Source: an uncultured cyanobacterium
Lineage (GTDB): Bacteria; Cyanobacteriota; Cyanobacteriia; Cyanobacteriales; Nostocaceae
Assembly (NCBI GenBank): GCA_963706595.1
Contig: OY970166.1
Coordinates: 2,816,001 to 2,880,000, forward strand
Reading direction: 5' to 3'
Length of the DNA: 64,000 bases
In this document: positions 31,957 to 41,717 of the stretch, in pieces
Layout: the number at the start of each line of letters is the position of its first letter
Position numbering within the stretch: position 1 is the stretch's first letter
Notes under the pieces: model-generated
What the model was told of the DNA's origin: nothing
Seen by the model: only the letters and a program-made list of their open reading frames with translations
Database searches by the model: none
Made by a program: the position numbers and the translations under genes

Positions 31957-33021
31957 TCAGTTAACTTTGTTCTTTTTGTACTTACGAAGTTGTTTAATAC
32001 CGACGACTAGAGCGATTCCAAACAATCCCAAAATACTAGATGGTTCAGGAATTTTCTCTGGTGTTGGTGGTTCTGGTGGTGGCGGCGGTGGTGGCGGTGG
32101 TGGTGGTGGTGGCGGTGGTGGCGGCGGTGGCGGCGGCGGTGGCGGCGGTGGCGGTGGTGGTGGCGGCGGTGGTGGCGGTGGCGGTGGTGCAGAAAAACCT
32201 AGTAAGGCAACTGCATCGTTAAAACACTCAAGCGCCAGCGTTGCTATATAGTTACCAACAGGAAGTAACGACTTAGGTAACTTGAAACCAAAAGTTTGAG
32301 AACCAAAACTAGGAAGTAGCCCTTTATGAAATCCAGCAGACGATAGCTCTGATTCATTAAGTAGTGTGATGTCTCCAACCTTTGTACCCGATTGAATAAC
32401 ATTTGGGAATAAAGTTTCAGGTCTTGCCCGTGAGCCTGGGCTAGTATAAGGAGCATAGTAAGGATTGTTCCAAGCTAAATCTCCCATACTGGCATCTTTA
32501 CCTGTGATTGCGCGAACCCCATTAATGTTATGATTGTATAAATTAGACCAGCCATCATTTTCTGCAACTACACTAGTAGCCTTAACATTTCTATACAATC
32601 CTGTGCTTGATATCCTTGAATCGTTATTAGGAGCAAAGCGAATTCCAAATAAATTACTGGAATCACTAGCACTTTTAAAATTACCTAATCCCGAAAAATC
32701 TAAAAACAAATCTCCCCAGCCTATGTTACCATTAGCAGCAGTAACACCACTAGAATTTCCAGTTAATGGTAGATTAGCATTAATAGCAAACCAGATACTA
32801 TCGCTGGCTATATCTTCTTTAACTCCTAGTCCGTAAATTTCATATATGGTATTACCCGCAATATACCCACCACGTCCATTGCCGCTAAGACTATCGTAGT
32901 TGGGATCTATGCTAATATTCCAGCCATTGATTAATGCTCCAGCGTAAACTGATTTTTCTAAAATACAAAAAAATGTCAATGAACTTATGGTTATAGCAGT
33001 TGCTATCCTGAGACTGTTCAT
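31957..33021 (-). CDS. PEP-CTERM exosortase-dependent surface protein (XDD3-like domain) with a 38-proline linker
   Basis: Signal peptide; IGWGDLF and LFGIRF motifs; P38 tract; C-terminal IPEPSSILGLFGIALVVG-KQLRKYKK sorting signal. Confidence 0.88.
   Translation of the reverse strand: MNSLRIATAITISSLTFFCILEKSVYAGALINGWNISIDPNYDSLSGNGRGGYIAGNTIYEIYGLGVKEDIASDSIWFAINANLPLTGNSSGVTAANGNIGWGDLFLDFSGLGNFKSASDSSNLFGIRFAPNNDSRISSTGLYRNVKATSVVAENDGWSNLYNHNINGVRAITGKDASMGDLAWNNPYYAPYTSPGSRARPETLFPNVIQSGTKVGDITLLNESELSSAGFHKGLLPSFGSQTFGFKLPKSLLPVGNYIATLALECFNDAVALLGFSAPPPPPPPPPPPPPPPPPPPPPPPPPPPPPPPPPPPPPPEPPTPEKIPEPSSILGLFGIALVVGIKQLRKYKKNKVN
32074..32187. repeat. (YGG)38 triplet tract encoding poly-Pro on the minus strand
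   Basis: 114 bp made only of TGG/CGG triplets (CCA/CCG codons). Confidence 0.95.
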
Positions 33022-33253
33022 GATTTTTTACCTTTGTTGAGCCTTCTTTACATCTCTATGAGCTAGTTTCAACCTATCTTTCTACGTCTGATCAAGAAGT
33101 AAAAAAGAAATTCTGTGTGATCGAGAATGGGCTTTTGTTGGAAGACATTAAGTTATGACAGATGACAGTGATATCACTGTAATAATAGTGATATTGGTAG
33201 TCAAGGATCAGTAAATAAATCAAACATCTGATACTTGACAAAATCACTAAATT

Positions 33254-34630
33254 ATGGTTTTAAATATGCCACTTCGAGCATCTGAAGATGGAAAAGAGAA
33301 AATCAAACAGAAGAAAAAAAATTATAACGATGCTTATTGGTTAAACGCAGCAGCTAAACTCATTACACCTGACTGGCCGCAGGATTTGTTAAATCAAGAA
33401 ATTTATCCGCAAGGAATTTCTTTAGGTACATGGAAACGATATCAAGCCGGCAAACAGCCAATTAATGATGAAGCGTTCCAGGTTTATTGTGAAATTCTAG
33501 GACTTGATTGGCAGGATATTTTTGATTATGGTTGGATTGGACGTAACGATGTAGTTACAAAATTAATTAGTCAGTTACAAAATCAGCATAGATTAATTTT
33601 ATTAACTGGAATTACTGGTATTGGCAAGAGTGCTTTAGCTGAAAAATTGGCTTTAGAATTACAAGAACAATATTCGGAATTACAAAAATATTGTTTAGAA
33701 GATAGTCAGCAAGAACCTAATTTTTCTAGTATTGTTACCCAAATTATTGCAGCAGTAAAAGGTATTCATTTACCGAAAGAAATAAATAATCCAGAAAATT
33801 TAGTTCAATGGCTAGTTAATTATATTTGTACTCATGAATGTTTATTAATTATTGACTCTTTAGAATGCACCCTTGTAGGTGATGAAAAAACGGGATGGAG
33901 TAATTTTAAAGATGTATGGTGGGAGAAATTTTTTCTTGCTTTATGCGCGGCTGAATCATGTCAGGGAAGAATCATCCTGACTTCTCAAGAAATGCCTATA
34001 CAACTAGAAGATATTCTGATAAATAATAACAACATTTTTTATCATGAATATTTACGTGGTTTTACTACTTCAGAAATACTCAAGTTTTTTATAAAAGCCG
34101 GATTGAAGTTTGAAAACAATACAGAAATAAGCAGTTATCTCAATCGTATAGGAGCAGCTTATGAAGGACACCCATTAGCATTAAAAACAATTGCCGGGGA
34201 AATATTAAGTTTTCCTTATCATGGAAATATTGCTACCTATTGGCAAGACTACAGAACTGAAATAGAAGAAATCGAACAAGCTTATATAGACTTAAATTTA
34301 GAATCAGTAAATGATAAATTTAAATTAGATTGCTATAGTAAAAAGCTTAGAGCAATTGTTAAATATAAAATTGAAAGAACATTTAGACGTTTAGCACAAG
34401 ATGTTCCTAATGCTTATAAACTGCTTTGTTATAGTTCTGTATATCGCCGTCCAGTACCGGAAAGATATTGGTTAAAATATTTGGTTAAATCTGGATTTAC
34501 TAGGGAACAGCAAGAAATAGCTCTCGATGCTCTCACCGATAGATTTTTAGTTGAAACAGATAATAGTTATTTAAGACAACATAATCTCATTCGTAGCACA
34601 GCATTAGAACATTTAAGAAATATTATATAA
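33254..34630 (+). CDS. STAND NB-ARC-type ATPase with N-terminal HTH-like domain and no C-terminal sensor repeats
   Basis: ISLGTWKRY..FQVYCEILGLDWQDI (XRE-like), IGR, Walker A GITGIGKS, Walker B LLIIDSLE, IILTS, GHPLAL, terminal MHD-like QHNLIR. Confidence 0.85.
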   Translation: MVLNMPLRASEDGKEKIKQKKKNYNDAYWLNAAAKLITPDWPQDLLNQEIYPQGISLGTWKRYQAGKQPINDEAFQVYCEILGLDWQDIFDYGWIGRNDVVTKLISQLQNQHRLILLTGITGIGKSALAEKLALELQEQYSELQKYCLEDSQQEPNFSSIVTQIIAAVKGIHLPKEINNPENLVQWLVNYICTHECLLIIDSLECTLVGDEKTGWSNFKDVWWEKFFLALCAAESCQGRIILTSQEMPIQLEDILINNNNIFYHEYLRGFTTSEILKFFIKAGLKFENNTEISSYLNRIGAAYEGHPLALKTIAGEILSFPYHGNIATYWQDYRTEIEEIEQAYIDLNLESVNDKFKLDCYSKKLRAIVKYKIERTFRRLAQDVPNAYKLLCYSSVYRRPVPERYWLKYLVKSGFTREQQEIALDALTDRFLVETDNSYLRQHNLIRSTALEHLRNII

Positions 34631-34647
34631 ATTACTTTACTATTATT

Positions 34648-36117
34648 ATGGATTTTGATGCTATTCAACCAGATAATTTAACTAAAAACACACTCAAAGA
34701 TGTTAGCTTTACTATTGGTGCAAAATTGACTATTTGTAATTTAGAAATTGATTGCACTTTATCCCAAGTCTCTAATATGTCTGCGTGGGAATTTGCCCAT
34801 TGGATAGCTATTGAAAATTGGTTGAGTGATTATTCTCCTGATGTCAATGCGCCTAATTTGGATAAAATCCGTGGTTATTTAGAAGCTTTTCATCATCTTT
34901 GTGAACTTTCAGAATGGGAAAAAGCATTTAAAATTTTATTTCTTGATATTAGTTTTTTGGGTGCAAAGCAAGTCTTACATGAGCAATTATTTATCTGGGG
35001 ATATTATCAAGAGCAAATTATTTTTTTTCAAAGGCTATTAAACAGATTTAGCACTAAAACAGATTGTTTTTTACTAAATCGTTTAGGTAGAGCTTATGGT
35101 CATTTAGGACAGGTTGAGTCAGCAATTTCTTGTTATCAACAAGCATTAATTATTGCGATTAAAACTGGCAACTACGCAGAACAAGCTCAAGGGAACGGAG
35201 GATTGGGTAGGATTTATAACTTGCAATTAGAGGAAGACCAAAAAGCTATTTTTCACTATCAAAAACAATTAGAAATATCTCAATTAATTAATGATACCTC
35301 TCAAGAATTATGTGCTATACTTGGCATTGCAAATTCTCATTTTGGAATTTTAAATTATCATCAAGCCATTAAATTTAGTAAACCAGCTTTAGCACTTGCA
35401 CAGATATCTCACGATGTTGATATGGAAATAGAAATATCTGGTTTTATCGGTATTGTTTATTCTCAGATGGGATTTCCAAAAAAAGGTATTCCTTTAATTG
35501 AAAGACAACTTAGTCTAAGTTTAGACAATTGTAATCAATATCAACAATATCTAGCTTTATATAGATTAGCTATAGCTTATACAAATTTGCAAAAATATGA
35601 AATTGGTATTGAATATTTTCAACAAGCTTTAAAAATTATAGATATTTTAGGAGAACCAGTTGCCAAATCCAGAATTCTGGGTAACTTAGGCGTTGTTTAT
35701 GCTCAAACAGAAAAATATGTATTAGCTCTTGAGTATCTTTTAGCAGCTTTTAATATTGCTTGTACAATTGATAGTAAATTATCACAAATTTATTTAAGAA
35801 TAAATATGGCATTTTGTTATAGTTGCTTGAAACAAACAGGAGCATTTGAGCATCTTCAAATAGCTATGAACCTTGCAAAAAAGCTCAAATCACGGGAAGT
35901 GTTGAGTGTGGCTGTTGCCGGATTAGCTAATTACTATTGGCATCAAAGAAACCATATTTATGGACTCATGTTAATAATCAAAAGCTTTTGGATTTATCCT
36001 CCGTGGAAAAGTAGTAATGGCAAGATGGTTTTCAGGTCAGTCATTCGGGTAATTAGTGGCTCAATTATACAGATGATGCAACGATTTAGTATTTATTTTC
36101 GAGGTAATAGCAAGTAA
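34648..36117 (+). CDS. Tetratricopeptide-repeat protein, probable partner of the upstream STAND ATPase
   Basis: GYLEAFHHLCELSEWEKA followed by multiple TPRs (LNRLGRAYGHLGQVESAISCYQQAL; LGNLGVVY); 17 bp downstream of the ATPase. Confidence 0.85.
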   Translation: MDFDAIQPDNLTKNTLKDVSFTIGAKLTICNLEIDCTLSQVSNMSAWEFAHWIAIENWLSDYSPDVNAPNLDKIRGYLEAFHHLCELSEWEKAFKILFLDISFLGAKQVLHEQLFIWGYYQEQIIFFQRLLNRFSTKTDCFLLNRLGRAYGHLGQVESAISCYQQALIIAIKTGNYAEQAQGNGGLGRIYNLQLEEDQKAIFHYQKQLEISQLINDTSQELCAILGIANSHFGILNYHQAIKFSKPALALAQISHDVDMEIEISGFIGIVYSQMGFPKKGIPLIERQLSLSLDNCNQYQQYLALYRLAIAYTNLQKYEIGIEYFQQALKIIDILGEPVAKSRILGNLGVVYAQTEKYVLALEYLLAAFNIACTIDSKLSQIYLRINMAFCYSCLKQTGAFEHLQIAMNLAKKLKSREVLSVAVAGLANYYWHQRNHIYGLMLIIKSFWIYPPWKSSNGKMVFRSVIRVISGSIIQMMQRFSIYFRGNSK

Positions 36118-36159
36118 CAAGTAATTCGGTGTGAGAATTTCAAGTATTTTCTAGAAAAG

Positions 36160-38253
36160 TTAGCGGTCTAATTTTGAGTTTTGATGTAAAGGAAATAAAA
36201 TCAAAAATTTTGTCCCCTGATTGTGGGCAGAAATACACTGTAATTTCCCCTGATGCCTTTTAGTAATAACTTGATAGCTAATAGATAAACCTAAACCTGT
36301 ACCTTTTCCTATAGGCTTAGTAGTAAAAAAAGGATCAAATAATTTATTTTGAAAATGCTCAGGAATACCAATACCATTATCAGAAATACTAATATATACT
36401 TGATTATCCTTCGTCAGTTCAGTACGAATAAATATTTTTGGTTTTCTAGTAAAGTTCTTGCTGGTCATAGCTTCTTCCAAAGCATCAATTGCATTTACCA
36501 AAATATTCATAAATACCTGATTAAGTTGTCCCGCATAACAATCTACTAAAGGTAAATTGCCATATACTTTAATCACAGCAATTTCTGGACGTTCAGAGTT
36601 AGGTTTGAGACGATTTGCTAAAATCATCAGGGTACTATCAATACCCTCGTGGATATTTACAGCTTTGATTTCCGCCTCATCCAAACGGGAAAAGTTGCGT
36701 AAAGATAGGACAATTTCTTTGATTCTCGTAGCTCCCATTTCTATAGATGCTAGTAACTTAGGGAGGTCTACAACTAAAAAATCTAGTTCAATTTCTGCGG
36801 TTATTTGTTGAATTTCTGCAACTGGATGAGGATAATACTTTTGATAGATTCGGATGACTTTGAGTAAATCTTGAATGTATTCCTTAGCCGGAGCAAGATT
36901 ACCATAAATAAAGCTGACTGGGTTGTTAATTTCGTGTGCTACACCCGCAACTAATTGACCTAAACTGGACATTTTTTCGCTTTGTATTAGTTGAGTAGCT
37001 AGTTGTTGAGCTTTCTGTTCTAAGTTTGCTAAAGTCGCGGCTAATTTCTCGTTAGCAGTAGCTAATTCAATCTCTCTCAATTTGATAGTTTCAAAAGATT
37101 GTTCCAGATTTTCAGCCATATAGTTAAATGATTGTGCCAATTGACCAATTTCATCATTGGTAGTCACTTGTGCTTGTTGATAAAAATTTCCTTTCGCCAA
37201 TTCTTTGACAACGTTAGTCAGTTCTATAACTGGCTTAGAAATTGATTTGGCAACTATAATAGCTGCAAATATTACTAAAATAAGTGTAATGGTAATTAAA
37301 ATAATAATAATATTTCGCAATGTATTTAAAGAACCAAAAGCTTCTGCTGTATCCATTTTAACTAATAGACCACTATTTAAGGAAGGCAAATACCTCCAAG
37401 CGGCGATAGTTTTTTGACCTCGATAATCAAGGGTAATACCAAAGCCTCTCATCCCCTGAGATGCCTGATAAAGTGGGTGTAATTTCTGCTGGTTAACTTT
37501 AATAGTTCTGTTAAAGGCAGCATTGGGATCATGACGTGTTGGTGAGGTAAATACTATGGTTTTATCAATTTCTGAAACTACAATTGTTTCGCCAGTTTTA
37601 CCCAAACCAATATAATTATTAACGACTTTATTAAACTCTTGATTATTCAGTTTTAATACTAATACACCAATAATTATGTTATCCTTAAAGATGGGAGCGG
37701 CAATAAAAGCTACGGGTGCTTTAGTATCTATATGATAGCCAAAATTAGATATTTCAACTTGCATTAATGTTTTGGCTCGATCAAAAACTTTGGCAAGTTC
37801 ATAATCTTTGTAGCTTCCTGTATAAAAGTTTGAGCCAAATTCTTGACCACGTTTTACTGAAAAAATAGCATCCCCAGTCTGAGATATTAAAAAAATATCG
37901 GAATAACCAAATATTTCTAAATAATTACTGATAAAGGTTTGATACTGTGCATCTAATTCTTGATATTCTGGAGAATTAACACCAAATTTTTCAAACACCC
38001 GTTGGTATTTTTCTACAGCATCAATTATATTAGGAATTTGTGTAATAGCTGTGGCATTATTTTTACGTTCATTAATATAGTTCTCTAGCCATTTGGCTTT
38101 GTTATCTGCCAGAGCAATCAAATTATTTTTAGCTTCTTTTTTCTGAGAACTACTGGCAATATAATAATTTAAGCAAGTAATTTTTATCAAAGGCAATAAG
38201 GCGATTATTAAAAACCATAATATTAATTTGTTGACTATTTTGCTATTGTTCAA
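36160..38253 (-). CDS. Membrane sensor histidine kinase (extracytoplasmic Cache-like domain, HAMP, HisKA, HATPase)
   Basis: Two TM helices; DEIGQLAQSFN; EKMSSLGQLVAGVAHEINNP; NQVFMN; DNGIG; DPFFTTK; GTGLGL; TTG start with GGAG RBS. Confidence 0.92.
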   Translation of the reverse strand: MNNSKIVNKLILWFLIIALLPLIKITCLNYYIASSSQKKEAKNNLIALADNKAKWLENYINERKNNATAITQIPNIIDAVEKYQRVFEKFGVNSPEYQELDAQYQTFISNYLEIFGYSDIFLISQTGDAIFSVKRGQEFGSNFYTGSYKDYELAKVFDRAKTLMQVEISNFGYHIDTKAPVAFIAAPIFKDNIIIGVLVLKLNNQEFNKVVNNYIGLGKTGETIVVSEIDKTIVFTSPTRHDPNAAFNRTIKVNQQKLHPLYQASQGMRGFGITLDYRGQKTIAAWRYLPSLNSGLLVKMDTAEAFGSLNTLRNIIIILITITLILVIFAAIIVAKSISKPVIELTNVVKELAKGNFYQQAQVTTNDEIGQLAQSFNYMAENLEQSFETIKLREIELATANEKLAATLANLEQKAQQLATQLIQSEKMSSLGQLVAGVAHEINNPVSFIYGNLAPAKEYIQDLLKVIRIYQKYYPHPVAEIQQITAEIELDFLVVDLPKLLASIEMGATRIKEIVLSLRNFSRLDEAEIKAVNIHEGIDSTLMILANRLKPNSERPEIAVIKVYGNLPLVDCYAGQLNQVFMNILVNAIDALEEAMTSKNFTRKPKIFIRTELTKDNQVYISISDNGIGIPEHFQNKLFDPFFTTKPIGKGTGLGLSISYQVITKRHQGKLQCISAHNQGTKFLILFPLHQNSKLDR

Positions 38254-38366
38254 ATCTCCACTCCAAATTTATATTTATATAGGGTGGTCAAGTCACTGCG
38301 TCTCAGTCAAATTTATCAATTCAAAAGCAGTCAATGGCTGAAAATAGTCTGAAAAATGTGGCATGA

Positions 38367-39641
38367 TTAACCAGGGTTTGCCCAATTATTGTTCCAGCCT
38401 TGATAAAGAGATTTGAGAAAAGTTTCCCATTCAGCTTTAGAACGGGAAAGGGGATAAGGTCGGGGGTGAGTTGGTTTATCTGAATTCCAAACAATTTCAA
38501 ACTGTCCATCGGCTTGGATTTTGCCAACTCGCACTGTTTTCCAGGTATGTTGGTTATCAGGGTCTATATATACAATACCTTCTGGTGCGAGAAAACTTTG
38601 GTCTTTGATGTGTTCTCGAATAGCATTGACATCATCTGTACCCGCATCCTGAATTGCTTGCGACCACAGGTAAACGCCAAAATATGCTGCTTCAATAGGG
38701 TCAGATGTGACTCTATCTTTACCATATCTTTGCCGAAACTTTTTGATAAATTCATGATTTCTGGGATTATCAATACTCTGAAAATAATTCCAGACGGCAT
38801 AGTTACCTACCATATCTTTAATAGAAAAATGACTTAGTTCTTCTTCGGCAATACTGAAGGAAATAGTGGGGATTTTATCGGCAGTAATTCCCGCATTTTT
38901 CAAAGCTTGGAAGAAGTAAATATTGCTATCGCCATTAATAGTGTTTAAAATAATATCTGGTTGGGTTTCTTTAATTTTTCTGACGGCTTGTGTAACATTA
39001 TTGCTACCCAAAAGTATATATTCTTCCCCAATAATTTCACCTTGTAACGCGGTTACTTGGTCTTTAATAATGGCGTTGGCTGTGCGGGGGAAGATATAAT
39101 CAGAACCTACCAAAAAAAATCTTTTCCCTAAATTATCAAAAGACCACTTGACTGCTGGAATAATTTGTTGATTAGGTGCAGCACCTGTATAGACTATGTT
39201 GGGTGACTGTTCTAGTCCTTCGTACTGCACTGGATAAATAAGTAAATGGTTATATTTATTAAATACAGGATTGACTGTTTTCCGGCTAGCCGAAGTCCAG
39301 CATCCAAAGACGGTAACGACTTTTTCTTGTACAATCAATTCTTCGGCTTTTTCAGCAAAGGTCTGCCAATTAGATGCGCCATCAACAACAATTGGCTGAA
39401 TTTTTCTGCCTAGAACACCACCTTGAGTATTAATTTCTTCAATAGCCAGTAATGTGGCATCAACAACCGATTTTTCACTAATTGCCATTGTGCCACTCAG
39501 GGAATGTAGAATTCCTACTTTAATCGGTTTCTTGGCAGCTTGAATTTGAGTGTAAATCAACAGAGATATGATGATTGTTAACCCAAAAACTAATAATAAA
39601 AGCAGCTGTTTTTTATTAATAGAATATTTCAATAGTGACAC
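38367..39641 (-). CDS. UrtA/FmdD/AmiC-like periplasmic binding protein (orphan)
   Basis: IKVGILHSLSGTMAISE, FGCWTSASRK, YPVQYEGLEQS, GAAPNQQ, GSDYIFP; no permease or ATPase genes adjacent. Confidence 0.88.
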   Translation of the reverse strand: MSLLKYSINKKQLLLLLVFGLTIIISLLIYTQIQAAKKPIKVGILHSLSGTMAISEKSVVDATLLAIEEINTQGGVLGRKIQPIVVDGASNWQTFAEKAEELIVQEKVVTVFGCWTSASRKTVNPVFNKYNHLLIYPVQYEGLEQSPNIVYTGAAPNQQIIPAVKWSFDNLGKRFFLVGSDYIFPRTANAIIKDQVTALQGEIIGEEYILLGSNNVTQAVRKIKETQPDIILNTINGDSNIYFFQALKNAGITADKIPTISFSIAEEELSHFSIKDMVGNYAVWNYFQSIDNPRNHEFIKKFRQRYGKDRVTSDPIEAAYFGVYLWSQAIQDAGTDDVNAIREHIKDQSFLAPEGIVYIDPDNQHTWKTVRVGKIQADGQFEIVWNSDKPTHPRPYPLSRSKAEWETFLKSLYQGWNNNWANPG

Positions 39642-39683
39642 TGTTTTTGATGTGCTAATATATTATATTAGCAAACTACAGCA

Positions 39684-40601
39684 TTAGCTATGATCCCTAA
39701 CTTCACCAAACTTAATTAAAAGCGCGATCGCCACACTCACAGCTAAAATTAATGTCATACTCAAGGCTGAACCAAAGCCCCAATTTTGGGTAACTCCGAG
39801 AAATTGGTTATAAACTAACCGTGCTGCTGTCATACTAGAAGCCCCACCCAGTAATTCTGGGTTGATAAAATCTCCTAATGCTGTGATTAAAACAAGCATT
39901 GAACCAGCCGTAATTCCTGGCAAAATTTGGGGTAAGGTGACTTTCCAAAAAGTTTCCATGTCATTTGCACCTAAATCGGCGGCTGCTTCTAATAAGCGCT
40001 GATCTAGCTTTTCTAAAGAGGCATATAGAATTAACACCATATAGGGTAATAAACTATAGCTCATGCCAATTAATACGGCGGGAATCCGGTTAAGTAATTC
40101 TAAACTGGGCAAGCCTAAATTGTTGAGTAAGCTATTTAATAAGCCTGTGGGACGTAAAATAGTAATCCAAGCATAAGAACGCAGTAGCGAGGATGTCCAT
40201 AAAGGCAGGACAAAGCCTAAAAGCAGCAAATTTCGCCAGCGTTGCGGTGCGATTTGAGCAATCCAATAGGCGACAGGTAAGCCCAAGATCAGGCAAATTA
40301 TGGTGGTGGCGATCGCCAACCACAGAGAACGCCCAATCACTTGCAGATATAGGGGATCAAGTATCCGAATATAGTTATCCAGTCCACTGGGATTGACTAT
40401 ATCTCCTGGTCTAATGTTGGGTACTAAGCTTAACTGCAAAATTAACAGTGTTGGTAGCACCAGCAAAAGTAATAACCAAACACCAGATGGGGCAAGTAAT
40501 ACTAAGGGTTGTAGCCAGTTTAAATGCGGGGAATGTATTTTTTTTGTGTCGGTATCACCAGCTAATGAATATATTTGAGACGGGATATTTTTCTTGGGCA
40601 T
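39684..40601 (-). CDS. potB: Polyamine ABC transporter permease
   Basis: LPLWTSSLLRSYAW, LPYMVL, LLEAAADLGA, ELLGG, NWGFGSA. Confidence 0.9.
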   Translation of the reverse strand: MPKKNIPSQIYSLAGDTDTKKIHSPHLNWLQPLVLLAPSGVWLLLLLVLPTLLILQLSLVPNIRPGDIVNPSGLDNYIRILDPLYLQVIGRSLWLAIATTIICLILGLPVAYWIAQIAPQRWRNLLLLGFVLPLWTSSLLRSYAWITILRPTGLLNSLLNNLGLPSLELLNRIPAVLIGMSYSLLPYMVLILYASLEKLDQRLLEAAADLGANDMETFWKVTLPQILPGITAGSMLVLITALGDFINPELLGGASSMTAARLVYNQFLGVTQNWGFGSALSMTLILAVSVAIALLIKFGEVRDHS

Positions 40602-40632
40602 AATAAGTTTAAAAAATCATATATTTACTTGC

Positions 40633-41715
40633 TTAATTAATAGTCAATTGAGTCCAATAACGCTCATAAGTATCTTCTAAATCTCCTAAAGGAGTAATCC
40701 GTTCGCACTTTTCTAACAGTGCAGGAGGGGGAAATAAAGTTTTATTATTCTTAATTTGATTTGGTAATTGTTCAAAACCTGCACTATTAGGAGTAGCAAT
40801 ATTCAGGCGTTCGCTAATCATAGCTGCTACTTCTGGCTGTAATAGAAAGTTAATCCAGGCATAGGCTGCATCGATATTGGGCGCTGTTTTAGGGATAACA
40901 ATTGCATCAGTCCATATTGAAGAACCACTACGAGGAATCACATATTTGAATTTGGGATTTTCTGCAATCACTTTAATAGCATCAACTGAATAACACATGG
41001 CTAAAGTTAAATCTCCTGCTAGCATTTGGTTTTGCCAAGCATCCGTGTTGAAGGCCGCGATCGCAGGTTTCAACTTTAACAATTTTTCATAAGCCTGTTT
41101 AATTTGGTTTTCGTCTTTTGAGTTATATGAATAACCCAACATTCGTAACACTGCACCCATCACCTCACGGACATCATTTAATAAGGTCATCCGCTTATTG
41201 AGTATTCCTTGATTTTGCCAAAGATAATCCCAATCTTCTGGTGCATCTTTGAGGATTTCGGAATTGTAAATTAAACCTGTTGTTCCCCAGCTAAAGGGGA
41301 TGCTATAGCGATTATTGAGGTCATAACTAGGATTTTGGAATTGGGGAAATAATTGATCAGCACCATTTAATCGCTGATTATTTAATTTGATTAATATACC
41401 TTGCTCCTGCATCTTCTGCACCATATAGTCAGATGGATAGATGAGGCTGTAAGCACCACCACCACCCGCTAACAGTTTAGCTAGCATCACCTCATTAGAA
41501 TCATAGACATCCACCAGCACTTTCACGCCTGTTTGCTCACGAAAAGCTACGAGTAATTCTTGATCAGCATATTGCGTCCAAGTGTAAATATACAATTGGT
41601 CACTGTATCCCACATTCGTTACTGACCTGATCTCACCTAGTTTCCAGCCACAACTAGCTAGAGACAAACTAGAAAGTGCTGTCAAGGCTTGTAAAAATTG
41701 CCGTCTATTAGCCAT
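40633..41715 (-). CDS. potD: Polyamine ABC transporter substrate-binding protein
   Basis: Tat-like RR + Cys lipobox; YTWTQY, YDSNE, PSDY, WGTTG, WTD. Confidence 0.9.
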   Translation of the reverse strand: MANRRQFLQALTALSSLSLASCGWKLGEIRSVTNVGYSDQLYIYTWTQYADQELLVAFREQTGVKVLVDVYDSNEVMLAKLLAGGGGAYSLIYPSDYMVQKMQEQGILIKLNNQRLNGADQLFPQFQNPSYDLNNRYSIPFSWGTTGLIYNSEILKDAPEDWDYLWQNQGILNKRMTLLNDVREVMGAVLRMLGYSYNSKDENQIKQAYEKLLKLKPAIAAFNTDAWQNQMLAGDLTLAMCYSVDAIKVIAENPKFKYVIPRSGSSIWTDAIVIPKTAPNIDAAYAWINFLLQPEVAAMISERLNIATPNSAGFEQLPNQIKNNKTLFPPPALLEKCERITPLGDLEDTYERYWTQLTIN

Positions 41716-41717
41716 AA

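Noticed and set aside
31967..32251. Poly-Gly and Val/Ala ORFs on the plus strand
   Set aside because: Shadows of the poly-Pro tract; the minus-strand ORF has a signal peptide and PEP-CTERM.
38367..39641. Canonical urtA of a urea transporter operon, or a broken binding protein-kinase fusion
   Set aside because: No urtBCDE here; the kinase has its own RBS and first TM helix after a 113-bp spacer.
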